Below, one piece after another: positions 26,221-37,077 of a DNA stretch of 64,000 bases. The position numbers were made by a program, and so were the translations under genes. The DNA comes from Takakia lepidozioides. Its lineage: Eukaryota > Plantae > Bryophyta. The notes beneath the pieces were generated by a model. That model searched no databases. It was not told the origin of the DNA and worked only from the letters and a program-made list of their open reading frames with translations. Position 1 is the first letter of the stretch. Each line of letters begins with the position of its first letter. The stretch is taken from positions 72,044,001 to 72,108,000 of the forward strand of contig CM060733.1 in NCBI GenBank assembly GCA_030704615.1. The letters run 5' to 3'.

Positions 26221-26590
26221 ATTCCATCTCTGATCCAAGGGAACACGTGGCGTCGAGAAGTTGACCATGTCCGCCCTATGGGAGTCTGCATCCGATCCAG
26301 GAGGGGTATCCAATTTCCGTTTGCAAGACCCGAATCTCTCTTCGCCTTCCAGATGGGGAACTCTTCCCACGAGAGGGGTGCCATCTGCACATATGCTCAC
26401 TGCCCGTGCTATTTTGTTGGGATCCCCTGATCTTCTGGCTGCCCGCAACATCAACTCGCTCCTGTCCGGGCCTTTGCCTCCAAGGCCACCCCTCAAAAAT
26501 GACCTGTATCTGGTTTGCTGCTGCAGAGCACGGATAAGGTCATCGGCCGTAGCCACATACAAATCTCTTCTTTTTTTGCCGGATTGCTGC
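26221..26590 (-). pseudogene. Internal fragment of a diverged MULE-type transposase paralogue
   Basis: DLYVATADDLIRALQQQTRYRSFLRGGLGGKGPDRSELMLRAA...HLEGE...DSHRAD aligns with DILTATTEDIVRSIMQQCRYNEFLKGKQWGLGPDRQEMLMRTA...HLEGD...DSWRAD at 13.9-14.2 kb. Confidence 0.85.
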
Positions 26591-27470
26591 AACCAGGCAT
26601 CGGATTCTCGTTACTGGCAGTGGGCCTTCTCATTCAGCAACAAATTCCTTTCTGACTCGGGGGCTCTTCTTCTCATGCAGTCAAAGGACATGTCGGCACG
26701 GAGAAATCTTTTCAACTACATGAAAGCTTCCGGGTTTCGTATCATCAAAACTTGGACATGCATCAACACTCTGCCTCTTACGAAGGGCGAGTTCCCGGGG
26801 CAGAAAGTGAGTTGGTTCCTTTGAATTAAAGTTTAGTGGTTCTGATGTACATGTCAAAAGTTGGTTTTGTCTTTTGCCTCATGCTCTCTTCGTGATTGTT
26901 GACAGACTCGGGTGTTCGAAGCTTTGTGCCTGGTGAGGGTGCGTAAGGACACTCTTCCTCTTGGTATTGCTGAGTTCCAGTTGAGGGATCTTGCAGCTCA
27001 CATTGACCCCACCTGCGAGCCTGTGGAGGATGATGTAATCTTCAATTACGTGGACTCGGGTCGAACCACGAAAAGGTTGACTAGTGTCCCTTGGAGAGGT
27101 GCACGGGAGAAATCCCCAGCTTTCATGCAGACTTTGGTGGAGATATACAGCCATCACGGTGGACGAGTGGTTGACTTGTCTATGGGAACAGGTGGGGCCC
27201 TGAACACTGTGTTTGAAATGTGGGCAGTGAGCTTAGGGAAGCCCTGTTTTGATTTCTCGTTCATCTTCGATTTGCAGGAGCATCTTTTCATGCGTGCAAA
27301 AGCGCCGAAAGGCACTTCTTCGGCATGGAGGCTGATACGGAGCTCTTCTCAAGCGAGCTTCATCAGCTTGAGTTGGGCACTACTTCTGCCCCATCCATGG
27401 AGGGACTTCTTGAGGAGCCCGAAGCGCCTGACGAGGATCTCGACGTGGACTCCGATTTTGAGTGTGAGTA
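26591..27470 (+). pseudogene. C-terminal exons of a beta-class N6/N4-type DNA methyltransferase
   Basis: FLSDSGALLL...KTWTCINTLPL, intron 26807-26905, then WRGAREKSPAFMQTLVEIYSHHGGRVVDLSMGTG, intron 27192-27277, then ASFHACKSAERHFFGMEAD. Splicing preserves the frame. Confidence 0.8.
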
Positions 27471-28329
27471 AGTTCGGCTCTAGTCATGTAAAATATGTTG
27501 CATTTCATTGTGTCATTCCCGTTCGACAGATGGTTGCTTACATTGTCTATTTCTGCTTGATAACATCTATCACCATTCCTCTTCTTGCTTTCCAGAGTTC
27601 GGCAGGTGTCATCGAATACGCAGACACCTTTCGGTTTCCAAGGATACTACATGTCCCCGAGTCCCCCTAGAGCTTACCGCTTGCCGGTTTACGCGGAAGC
27701 TTGCGCACGGGTGTTGTCCCAACAAACAATGTATTCGCCTCTCCATGGGGGTCGCGGAGAAAAAAAAACATCAAGGAGGGGCTGCTGTGTTCATAGATGA
27801 TATTGCTGCAGACTCTGGAAGTAGTTCCTCTGAAACCTCCAATAGTTCTTGAGGTTCAAGTACTGAGACTTAATAAAATATATTTTGGTTTTGCTTCCAT
27901 CCCCAAACTGTTTTTCAAGATCTTTGCGCGTTCCCGTAAGTACAGTTAGGGATTGCCTGGGGTGGGTCTTCAGATTCCAGCATTGAAAAATGTTTGTGGG
28001 TTGGAATGAATGAACTACTTTGCAAAAAAAAGGGTTTGCTGTTAATATTCAATCCTCTAGCGGGCGATCTCCTCATTCAAAAATCATGTCCTCGATCCTA
28101 AACCATCCATAAACCTACCATTGTTCTCGGTCGGAAAGAATATTCATGTGGGGGCGATGAAAGGGACATAGGCGACAACTGATCCGCAGTAATAGGGGGA
28201 GGGGGGGGGGGGGGGGGCACGGAATTAGGACCTGCACACGTGGATGATTGCTGACGTGGCGTGAGCCTAGCCAGGCTCACAGGCTCACAGGCTCACGCGC
28301 AAGCATTCCCCGTCCAGCACTATCAAATG

Positions 28330-28850
28330 CTCTCTCTAGACCGGAATCCTTCCCCATCACACATACCCTCTTCTCCCTCATCGTCATCATCTCTCCTCTC
28401 CCAGACACTTGCAATGACTATCTTCACTACATTCGATCACCCCAATACGCACCCTTTTATCAAAACTACAACAGCTACCACCCCAACCACATAACTACCA
28501 GCCCTCCCCCCCCCCCACTACTTATCTGAGACCCACTCCTCCCTTAACATCTTGAACTCCGAGACTGGTGTTGCCCATAAAATTCTAGGGGATCACCTAG
28601 CGACAGCCTCCCCGTCATCCCAAGAACACCACCTCACCTCCAAAAAATTCCCATTTCTCTCCAATAACATCCTCGCTGCCACAATTAGGGCAGTTACCCC
28701 AATACCAGGAAACGAACCTCCCACAACAATATCGCCTGGTACACCCACACCCACCACCACCACTACCGATACCCCCTCTATCTCTGATTCTCACACCTGC
28801 ACCCTCAATATTACATCCTGGAATGTCGGATCCCTTGCCACCAGCAAAGT
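28330..28850 (+). mobile_element. Probable LINE fragment (C-rich region and start of the APE endonuclease)
   Basis: CTLNITSWNVGSL resembles the SWNV motif that opens L1-type endonucleases. Truncated immediately afterwards. Confidence 0.45.
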
Positions 28851-28859
28851 ATGCTTGCC

Positions 28860-29118
28860 CCGGGTGGGAGGTTGAAGATTCCCCTGTGTAGGTTGGTTTC
28901 CATGCCCGTCATTCGTCCACCCCTCATCAAGGACATCCAGAAGCTGGAGGCCGAGTTTGTTCATGGGTATTTGGATGGATCCGCAGTCTTTTACGTTTCT
29001 ACTAGGGGAGGCAAAGAGCTCCTTGTGGATGAGTCAATCGTGGACTCTTGGGATCCTATTTGGAGACAGGTGAACGAATCCTTCGAACTTCTTCTCTCCA
29101 GGAAACCTTCGACCCAAG
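28860..29118 (+). pseudogene. Third ParB-like domain fragment
   Basis: RLKIPLCRLVSMPVIRPPLIKDIQKLEAEFVHGYLDGSAVFYVS...WDPIWRQVNESFELLL aligns with 21200-21430. Cut off before the DGNHR motif. Confidence 0.85.
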
Positions 29119-29175
29119 CAGGGGGTTGCAAATCCAGGAGCATGAGCGGTGAGAGCATGAGCATGAGTAGAGTTT
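29119..29175 (+). mobile_element. Terminus of the MULE-type family
   Basis: CAGGGGGTTGCAAATCCAGGAGCATGAGC...CATGAGCATGAG, similar to the termini at 3094 and ~12031. Coincides with the loss of ParB homology. Confidence 0.55.
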
Positions 29176-30259
29176 CCCAACCCTCGCCCGACCTACACCG
29201 AACCTACTCGAAGGTGGAGGTCGGAACCAAAACTGCCGACTTAATTAGTAACCTGTTTCATTTGGATATTTGTGATCGGCAATTTATGACTTCAGCAGAC
29301 TAGGCTCAGCACTCCAGCAATTCCAAACCAGGGGAATGTGAAGGGCTGGAATCCCCATGATGGCCTCAGCGGGACGCTTTGCAATCTGCAAGGGCGGCTC
29401 GTAACTGCAATTACGACATAACATATTAGATCAAATTTTGCATGAATGATGATTTGAGGAAATGGGAACATTCAGAACATACTAACAATGAAGACACTTA
29501 CATAGAAGTTGGACTTACTCACTCCAACAATTGTACGTGAATCTGAATGCCATCCCTTTCGTCGTTCAACCAGTCAGTGTCGGCAGCTGTGTTAGCGACA
29601 ACGATGGCCGCAAATGTCTGCCGCTGCAATCCCCCTAGCCTCTCTCGCAGTAGCTCGTCGTCCCCTTCCAAGGCGAGCAGATGCCTTCCGCAAATTGTTG
29701 CAGCCACCATGGAGGACCCGCATCCCGCTGTCAGATCGACTACTGTTTCCCCTTCTGGTGAACACATCTCCATGAAGGTTTGCATGAACCTGGGGCTTTT
29801 CTCATGTGCCCCGCGGAAGAAGGTGTCATCTTGTCGTTTGTGGAGTCTATCCTCCCTGACCATGTTCCTGACCACATCCTCAGTGACGCTATTGTGGTCG
29901 GTGTCAAGCTTTGCAACTATCTCCCGCAAGTTGAAATTGGCGTCCATGCCCCTCAATAGGCAAAATGCATAGAAAATCACAGTCTACCATTACAAATTTG
30001 AGGAGGAACCCTGTCAGATCGGTATTATGTAAGAGAAGACGTACAACATTCTGTAAAGGTTATGTTTCAAGAAACTAATGGACTTTGTAGCTGCACAATT
30101 CTAAAATGAGTTGTGGTAGTCGTTACAAACTATACCGTCGAAACCACACAATTTTGGTTGATAGACGGCATCGACAATGATCTGAACAAATCCGACCAAA
30201 TCGGTACCGACCAAATCCGACGATCCGGCACTTCAATGACTAAGTGACAAGACACACCA

Positions 30260-30372
30260 TTCTAATAGTCGGTGCCGACTATAAATATTAACGTGGGTGC
30301 ACTGAGAAATAGTCGGTGCCGACTATGCAAAGACAGTATGTGACCCGAGACGTAGTCTGCACCGACTATATA
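30260..30372. repeat. Intronic copies of palindrome ATAGTCGGYRCCGACTAT
   Basis: Three copies near 30265, 30309 and 30352, inside intron 29984-30519. Confidence 0.9.
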
Positions 30373-31727
30373 TCTATAGACAACCCATAACTAACACAAT
30401 AGATATTTGACGACTATTAAATACATTTTAAAAAGAATGTCGATGAAGATGTGGTAAATGCGATGAAAGTTGAAAGTGCTTATCAAACAATATAAGCAGT
30501 TTAGGTAGTTTGAACTTACTTGTGGCTGCCCTGGCTCTCCAGATTGAAGTGGTAGCCGATTGAGCCAAGTCCACTTTCTCTTGATAACTTAGGGCCGTGC
30601 TGGGCCCACATATCTCCGAATTTCCACCTCTGTCTTAGCATCACCCTTGCAGAAAATAACAAGGCAGCCGTCGTCCTTGAGCAGAAATGCTGCTAGTGCC
30701 AGTGCATGCGGGACGGTATCCTTTGACTTTGCATTCCAAGCGGGCACAATGTCATCTATGCCACATCCTCCGGTAGACTGCCCGTCTGGGAGATCCACCA
30801 TTACAAGGTTTGCCCCCGCTTTAGGGACTGTGCCACCCCTACGCAATGGCTCGGGGGAGCGGTGCCTCTCCAGAAACTCGTCGATATCTTTCTTAGGCTC
30901 TGGCCACTTACTCGTTGTTCCTTTGGATGCAAGCCTGCGGATGACCAGCTGGAACCAATCGCACTTGAGGCATGCTATGTCTGTGTTTGGTACCCCTTCT
31001 CGCAAAGAGATAGCCTCGTAAAGCAGCACGGTTGAGAGCTGCATGCCCCTACCGTCACTTGTGTTTGCCCAAGGTGGGTTTCAAGAAGATCGATTCCTTC
31101 GCTCAATCTGGAAGTTGTGTAGGGCGTCTGTAAACGCCAGTTGGTTGTCTACCATCTGAGCACCATTTGTCTCATCCACACCCTCTACACCTTGATTGCC
31201 TGCAGGCCTTGTGCCGGGGGGGGGGGTTGCCTGCCTTGTGATGGGTGTCTTCTTCGGTTTCTGTTTCCTTTTCCTTGGTTTCTTCTTGGCCACCGCTTCT
31301 TCCAGAGCTGTATTTGTTTGTTGTAGGTGTGCGGCGACGACAATTGCAGCCTCCTCGGCACCCTCTTCCGTCAATGGCTCCATGTGAGTTGGTGCAGCCA
31401 GTTCGTTCTTGGTGTACTTCTTATACGCTTCCAGTTCAACGTCAGGAATGATATCGGGGGGCAAATCCAGCCACCAGTAGCAGGGCAGATGCGTGACTTT
31501 CACGTACTCGCCCAACTGTCTGTCGTTGTACATTGTGCAGTCTGATCGGAGGCTGGCCCACTGTGTGACACTGGCGGGAATACACCTGATATGTTTGTTG
31601 GCGAACAAATAAAAGTTTATGTACCTGTTGCAGTGCACCAAAAGTCGACATCAGGACAGACATTGGCCTGATAGTAATGAGAAGTGTAAGATATGAAAAC
31701 CGAACATTTTTGTCTCTCACCAGATGC

Positions 31728-32420
31728 AGTAGTCGGCAGCGACTATGACACCAAATAGTTCGATGGCACTGTCATAGTCGGTGACGACTACAACTCCGAA
31801 CTGTGGGTTAGCCAGCCACCAAGCTGGGCAATACCGGAATGTGGGTGTACATTATACGGCATGGACTCGAAGGACCCACCACATAGTCGTTGCCGACTAT
31901 GGAATTGAGTTAGTTTTTAATTTGCGGGCTAAAGTCACAGTCAACTTGCAATAGTTGGCAACGACTATGAACCCCTAAAGGGCAAAACCTGTGTCATAGT
32001 CGGTGGCGACTATGACCAGGCCAACTTTGGCTACGATAGGGCCGGCTTACTATAGTCGTTGCCGACTATACCCAATGGCTACCCTATATGGAATTGAGTT
32101 AGTTTTTAATTTGCGGGCAGTAGTCACGGCCCACTTGCAATAGTCGGCAGCGATTATGAACCCCTAAGGGGCAAAACCTGTGTCATAGTCGGTGGCGACT
32201 ATGACCAGGCCAATTTGGCTACGACAGGGCCGGCTTACTATAGTCGTTGCCGACTATACCCAATGGCTACCCTATACCCAATACCCAATACCCTACCCTA
32301 TACCCAATGGCGCCTTCCTTTAGTCGTTGCCGACTATGAGTACAATGTCTGAGCCCAGTAGTCGGCGCCGACCACGAGCAACAACACTACTGCCGACTAC
32401 CGGAATGTTTGCCGACTACA
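31728..32420. repeat. Intronic cluster of the TAGTCG(G/T)YR(C/G/A)CGACTA palindrome, including a ~189-bp tandem duplication
   Basis: About 11 full copies plus half-sites within intron 31586-32517. TATGGAATTGAGTTAGTTTTTAATTTGCGGGC recurs at ~31898 and ~32087. Confidence 0.9.
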
Positions 32421-34964
32421 ACGAGCCTACAGATTCTTTTTTGACCGCTACTTCCCACACCCAATTTGCTGTATGGCATATGCGAAGGGTGGGTGAATTG
32501 CAATGACAATTATGTACCTGTATAGAAGCCTGCGAGCTGGTAAAGTTCCACCAGGCTGCTCAGTAATTGGCCAACTGCGGGCAGGCCCATCCTTCATCTT
32601 GCACCAGAATAGCTCCTTCCAGAACTTGAGGCGGAAATCGTCCACCCAGACAGAGAGGGTCTTCAGAGTGGGAGCCTCTTCCTGGGTTGGCAGCTGCAGG
32701 AACCCTTTCTGAACCAGCATGGCCAACTGCCGCTCTGCTTCCTCTTTTTGCTGCGAGTCCACCACGTCAATTGTTAGTGATGAGAAATTGCTATAATAAC
32801 TGTAACATGAAGCCACCACCAGTATTGCCAACATCTTACCTGGAACCACCATGTCATTTTGTCGCACCACAAGCCAAACACCACATCTGTGGGAGCACGG
32901 GGGAATTTTCCATTTTTACGGGTTGTGGAGTCAGAATTCCACAGCTTCAACCATAAAATCTTCTCCTTCGGGCTGACCTCGCTCGTGGCAAGCATCTGCA
33001 ACTTCTCGAGAGTCATTTCCGGCTTCTGATTGACGGCAAGAGACTTGTAATGCGTGGGTATCTAAAAAAGAAAGCCAGTTTCGAGTGCAGGATCGCAGAT
33101 GGAAGAATATTTTGCGATTTTGGTGTGTACCACTTCGTCCTGTGCACCTGGAAATCGCTTGCCAGTTTCTTCCGGATGAGGTCGGTGTTCTCAGCGGTGG
33201 CAGGCAGGTGGGCAAGGGCATCCAAGCAGGCGTTTCTAATTCTACGGAATCCCTTGTGACCCATATACTCTATTAGGGCGTCCCACGGCATTGTCATCTA
33301 GTTCCCATCCCGCTTGTTCAAGCACTTCTCGTAGACGTCCGCTGGAAGAGCTGATTGGTACTGCTCAACATGTGTAGTTGCGCACTTCTGGAAGTAGAAT
33401 AGCTTGTGCGGAAGCTTGTTGGACACATTTCCACGATCTGTCACGCTGCAAAACGCATGGAACAAGACCTTCATGTGACCATGGACCTTATTGAAATTTG
33501 TGAAAGAAAGTACTACCTACAAAACTCAGCAGGGATTTTAGGGTTTAGGATGGGCTCCATGGTATAGTCGGCGCAGACCATACTTTTAGCGAGGCGGAGG
33601 CATTCTGGGCATCTTCTCTGGACTCCCTCCCACCAGGCAATACTTCCGACTCCATCTCACACTACACGTCTAATTAATGAATTGGTCCACGAAGCACCCA
33701 CTGGGACTGCTTATGCAAGACCTGCAACCCCATGCAAACAACATCCCCGAATTGCTAAACCCTATACCTATGCTCATGTGAGCAGAAAAGGAGATAAAAA
33801 CTCACACATTCGTACGATTCATTGCACGTCGTATGAGGCCCAGATCGGAACTCTTCACATCCATAATCTTGGCGTTCACCCGGTAGTGCCAGCTCGCGTC
33901 GTCTGCATGCTGCTCGCGTATGACCTCCATCCAAGCATACCACCTGTGATTCCCGTCGTAGATGTGCAGCCATTTGTTGGAGAGAAACTCCCACTCCGTG
34001 TTCTTTATGTCTTCCTCAAATGCAGCATCCGCTGCCTGCCAATGTTCAGACCATGCATCCCGATCTCCTTGTTGGATTTTTTGGCTCTGTCCACTGTCGT
34101 CACTGATGGAAAGTAGTAGTGATGCAAGTGCATCATTGTACCTGTCCACCTCAAAAATACAACTTGAGCTTGTTGATGCCTGGGCGCTCAGCCATGCGCA
34201 CAGCCGGGAGGGGTTGCATCCTGCATAATGGTATCCTTGGCGGAGCACCATTCCGCAGTAAGTGCGAAATAGAACTCATTGTGTGGTTCATGGCACTTGT
34301 AGTGAGTGAGAGTAGGGCTTGCTTCCGCATGTCGCCAGTCAAAACAATGTCCGCCAGCATAGTGTCTTGCACACTTGCAGCATTTTGAACAGGTCCGCCT
34401 CCCTGTGCAATCGTTGCTGGACCTGGCGATGCACCGCTTCGAAAAACGGGGGAGAGGGGAGGACGATCCATCGATGGTGTGGCCGCTGTAGACACCAAAC
34501 CGCCTTCTTGTGAAGTCGTTGATTTCTTACGAAGTTTCACTAATTTTCTGGGAGGTCTAGCACCCTCGCTGCTCTGTTGGGAGACCACCGTCCGCCCGCG
34601 AAATATGCGTGTTTGCGTGGGCAGCACAAACTCCCCCTCTTCCTCCGCTTGAGGCTCCATGACGACAACGTTCCCCTGCTCAAAAATAGAAAGGGAAGCC
34701 GAAAAGTCGGGCACTGCAGAGGAGAATCCGCATGGCCGTATGCACTGCCGAACCCGGAAAGGGATCTTTAGGTCGGATGAAAACCGTCTGTGCAACAACT
34801 GGCGGCGGCACGTTCAGCTGGCAACGGCCATTTCGAAACAACCATTAAACTCCTCTTCATCTGAATTTGTTCTGCACGACGGGGGGATGCCTTGTTGTCG
34901 TTGCCGACCACGCCTATTTGAAAGGCGTGAACATTGTGAAATAGTTAGTGGGACAGGTTTTCTT

Positions 34965-35575
34965 CCGTAGTCGGTACCGACTTCATACAGTTGAAATAAA
35001 TTCCGGCGACGGATCAGGCAAATTTACATAGAATTGGAAGAGGAATCGGAGTAGTCCTTGGCGACTATACCAGTTATTGTTGAAGTCGGCCAACAGATCT
35101 GCCAAGGTCGCTAAAGATGTTCATTTCATGTGGCTTTTTTGGCAAATTGGCTTGCAAACGGAATAGTCGGCAGCGACTATTGTTTAAATCGGCAAGCGAT
35201 TTCCATTAATGCACTGTAGTCGCTGCCGACTTCCTTACGAACGCACAAATTTTCCTTCCAATTGATTTTTGGGCTTAAATGTGCTTGTAGTCGGGACCGA
35301 CCTTCAATTTTCCTTCAATGTGCACATTCGATTTGAAATATTGGAAGATACTCGGATGAAATTAAAAGCATTTCCCGCATTGTGAGGGTGTAGTCGGCGC
35401 CGACTACGGAAATTGGCGCATGTTGTGGCGGATTGCGCCGCATGGAGGCAGTCAATGAAATCCAAGTCGACACCGACCTTATGGAATTATTGAAATTCGT
35501 AGAAATCTACAGAGTTAAAGACAGTGAACACATCCTCTTCAAAGGCATTATAGTGTATGGTCGGCGCCGACCAAT
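34965..35575. repeat. Dispersed copies of the same palindrome upstream of the ParB-MTase gene
   Basis: Examples: TAGTCGGTACCGACT ~34968, AATAGTCGGCAGCGACTATT ~35162, GTAGTCGGCGCCGACTAC ~35390. Confidence 0.85.
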
Positions 35576-36985
35576 TCTTGCGGAGGGCATTTCCCGACTG
35601 TGTGGTTGCCAATTCAGCTCTTCAGGGATAGGCATAGGCATCCATTACACTGGAAGGGCAAGCAAGCAAATCAACCTATGCAAGACAGATGGGCAGACCA
35701 TGTAACACACTAAACCATCATGCCATACACACGGGAGAAAAAATCCTCTGTTGGAAAAAATTCAATCACACTGGAGGTGTAGCAAAAGCATGAACACTCA
35801 GCCCGTGATGCTGGCATACTCACTGTTTATCATAGGTCTGCGATTCCTAAAGAAGATTCCGCTTCATCAACTCTACAATGCACATTTCATGCCCTCAGTT
35901 CACTAGCCTGGTTCTAAAGCCACACACAATGTTCCCACATTACCACCCACAAGAGCATGCCCTGCCATCTGGACCACTCCACATCTCCCACCCAACCAGC
36001 CACAACGGAGAGACAAATCTCTCAAGTTCCCCAACCCGACCCTGATCCAAAACCCCTCCCCACAGTCCCTCCATTCCCATACCACAAACCATGTGAATGA
36101 GGTGATATTATTAGCTATGTCAAAATCCGTCATATTTCAAGACAGAGACTCTTTAATTTGCAAATAGATTTAGTCATTCACATCCGGAATATGCGCTCTC
36201 TGACTCATAATTTCTGCTCCTCCAGAAACTTCCACAACCCTGCAGAGGATATTAAGATTTGGGGATATGATGTTACGATATGGAGTTCAGATATTAGAAG
36301 TTGATTATACCATTTAGGATGACGTTCTGCAAACCCGGATCCCCATTGCACCCAGAAGAGATTCGTACAGTGTTCGAGTCAACATAAATTTTACCATTCA
36401 TTCCTCTAATATTTCTCATCCTAAACTATTTGGATGGAGTTCAGGCCACGTGTCGGAAATGACTGAGTCGTCTAGCGGCGCGACAGGAGGCTATTTCTCA
36501 ATTTTGGGGATGTGGTAGCCATCTCATATTCCTGATGTAGGTTTGGATGGAGTTAATTCGACGCACATTTAACATCCACATCGGATGACAACGGATGGCG
36601 TGCTTCCATGGATGGGGGATTCGATTTTTCATCGTTATTGCTATTTGAATTTTGGCGCGGGCCACGTGGCACATAGTCCGGTTACGGCGTGCAGCCGGCT
36701 GCGTGGCACTACCTCAATTTCGTAGGCATACGCTACGGCCCGCGTAGGACGGGATGCTTGCAACAGGTCATGTGCTCCTCCTCTGCCCCAATGCTCATAC
36801 GCTAGGTAGATTCGGCAGAGTACTCCAGTTTGTACGTCGGAGTCTCGGACAGCGACACAGGCTTGAAGCAGCCGAACATGGAACGGTTCGTGAGGCTGCA
36901 ATGTCCACCATCCTCCGATCTTGTGAAGGTGAAGGCACAGGGAGACCAGGTGTTCCTGCTTGACAAAGTAATACTTGGGAGGCCG

Positions 36986-37077
36986 GGTGCCCGTAAGCAA
37001 CTCTCTAGGCTGGCGCGGTGTGTTACACAGTGGACCGCCTGCGCCAGCCTGGAGAGTTGCTTACGGGCACCACTAGT
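36986..37077 (+). mobile_element. Long hairpin followed by CTAG|T, possible Helitron-type 3' end
   Basis: 31-bp arms at 36986-37016 and 37041-37071 with one mismatch, then ACTAGT. Confidence 0.45.

Larger units (their letters stand above)
29519..34660 (-). pseudogene. Apparently full-length ParB/Srx-like domain + beta-class N6/N4-type DNA methyltransferase fusion gene (5 exons)
   Basis: RIPLCRMQPL...HIYDGNHRWYAWME; intron 33805-33446; MTLEKLQMLATS; intron 32839-~32751; intron 32517-31586; NLVMVDLPDG...PAWN...FLLKDDGCLVIF; intron 30519-29984; FRGAHEKSPRFMQTFMEMCSPEGETVVDLTAGCGSSMVAATICGRHLLALEGD. Premature stops near 33299, 31082 and 30590, and two frameshifts. Confidence 0.85.

Noticed and set aside
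28265-28312. GGCTCAC repeats as the right terminus of the 12-kb MULE element
   Set aside because: Only loosely similar to the GCTCATG subterminal motif, lacks the CAACCCCC end, and no TSD can be matched.
20190-34660. Bacterial contamination or prophage explaining the ParB-MTase
   Set aside because: Frame-preserving GT-AG introns are conserved between paralogues, and the genes interleave with plant TEs.
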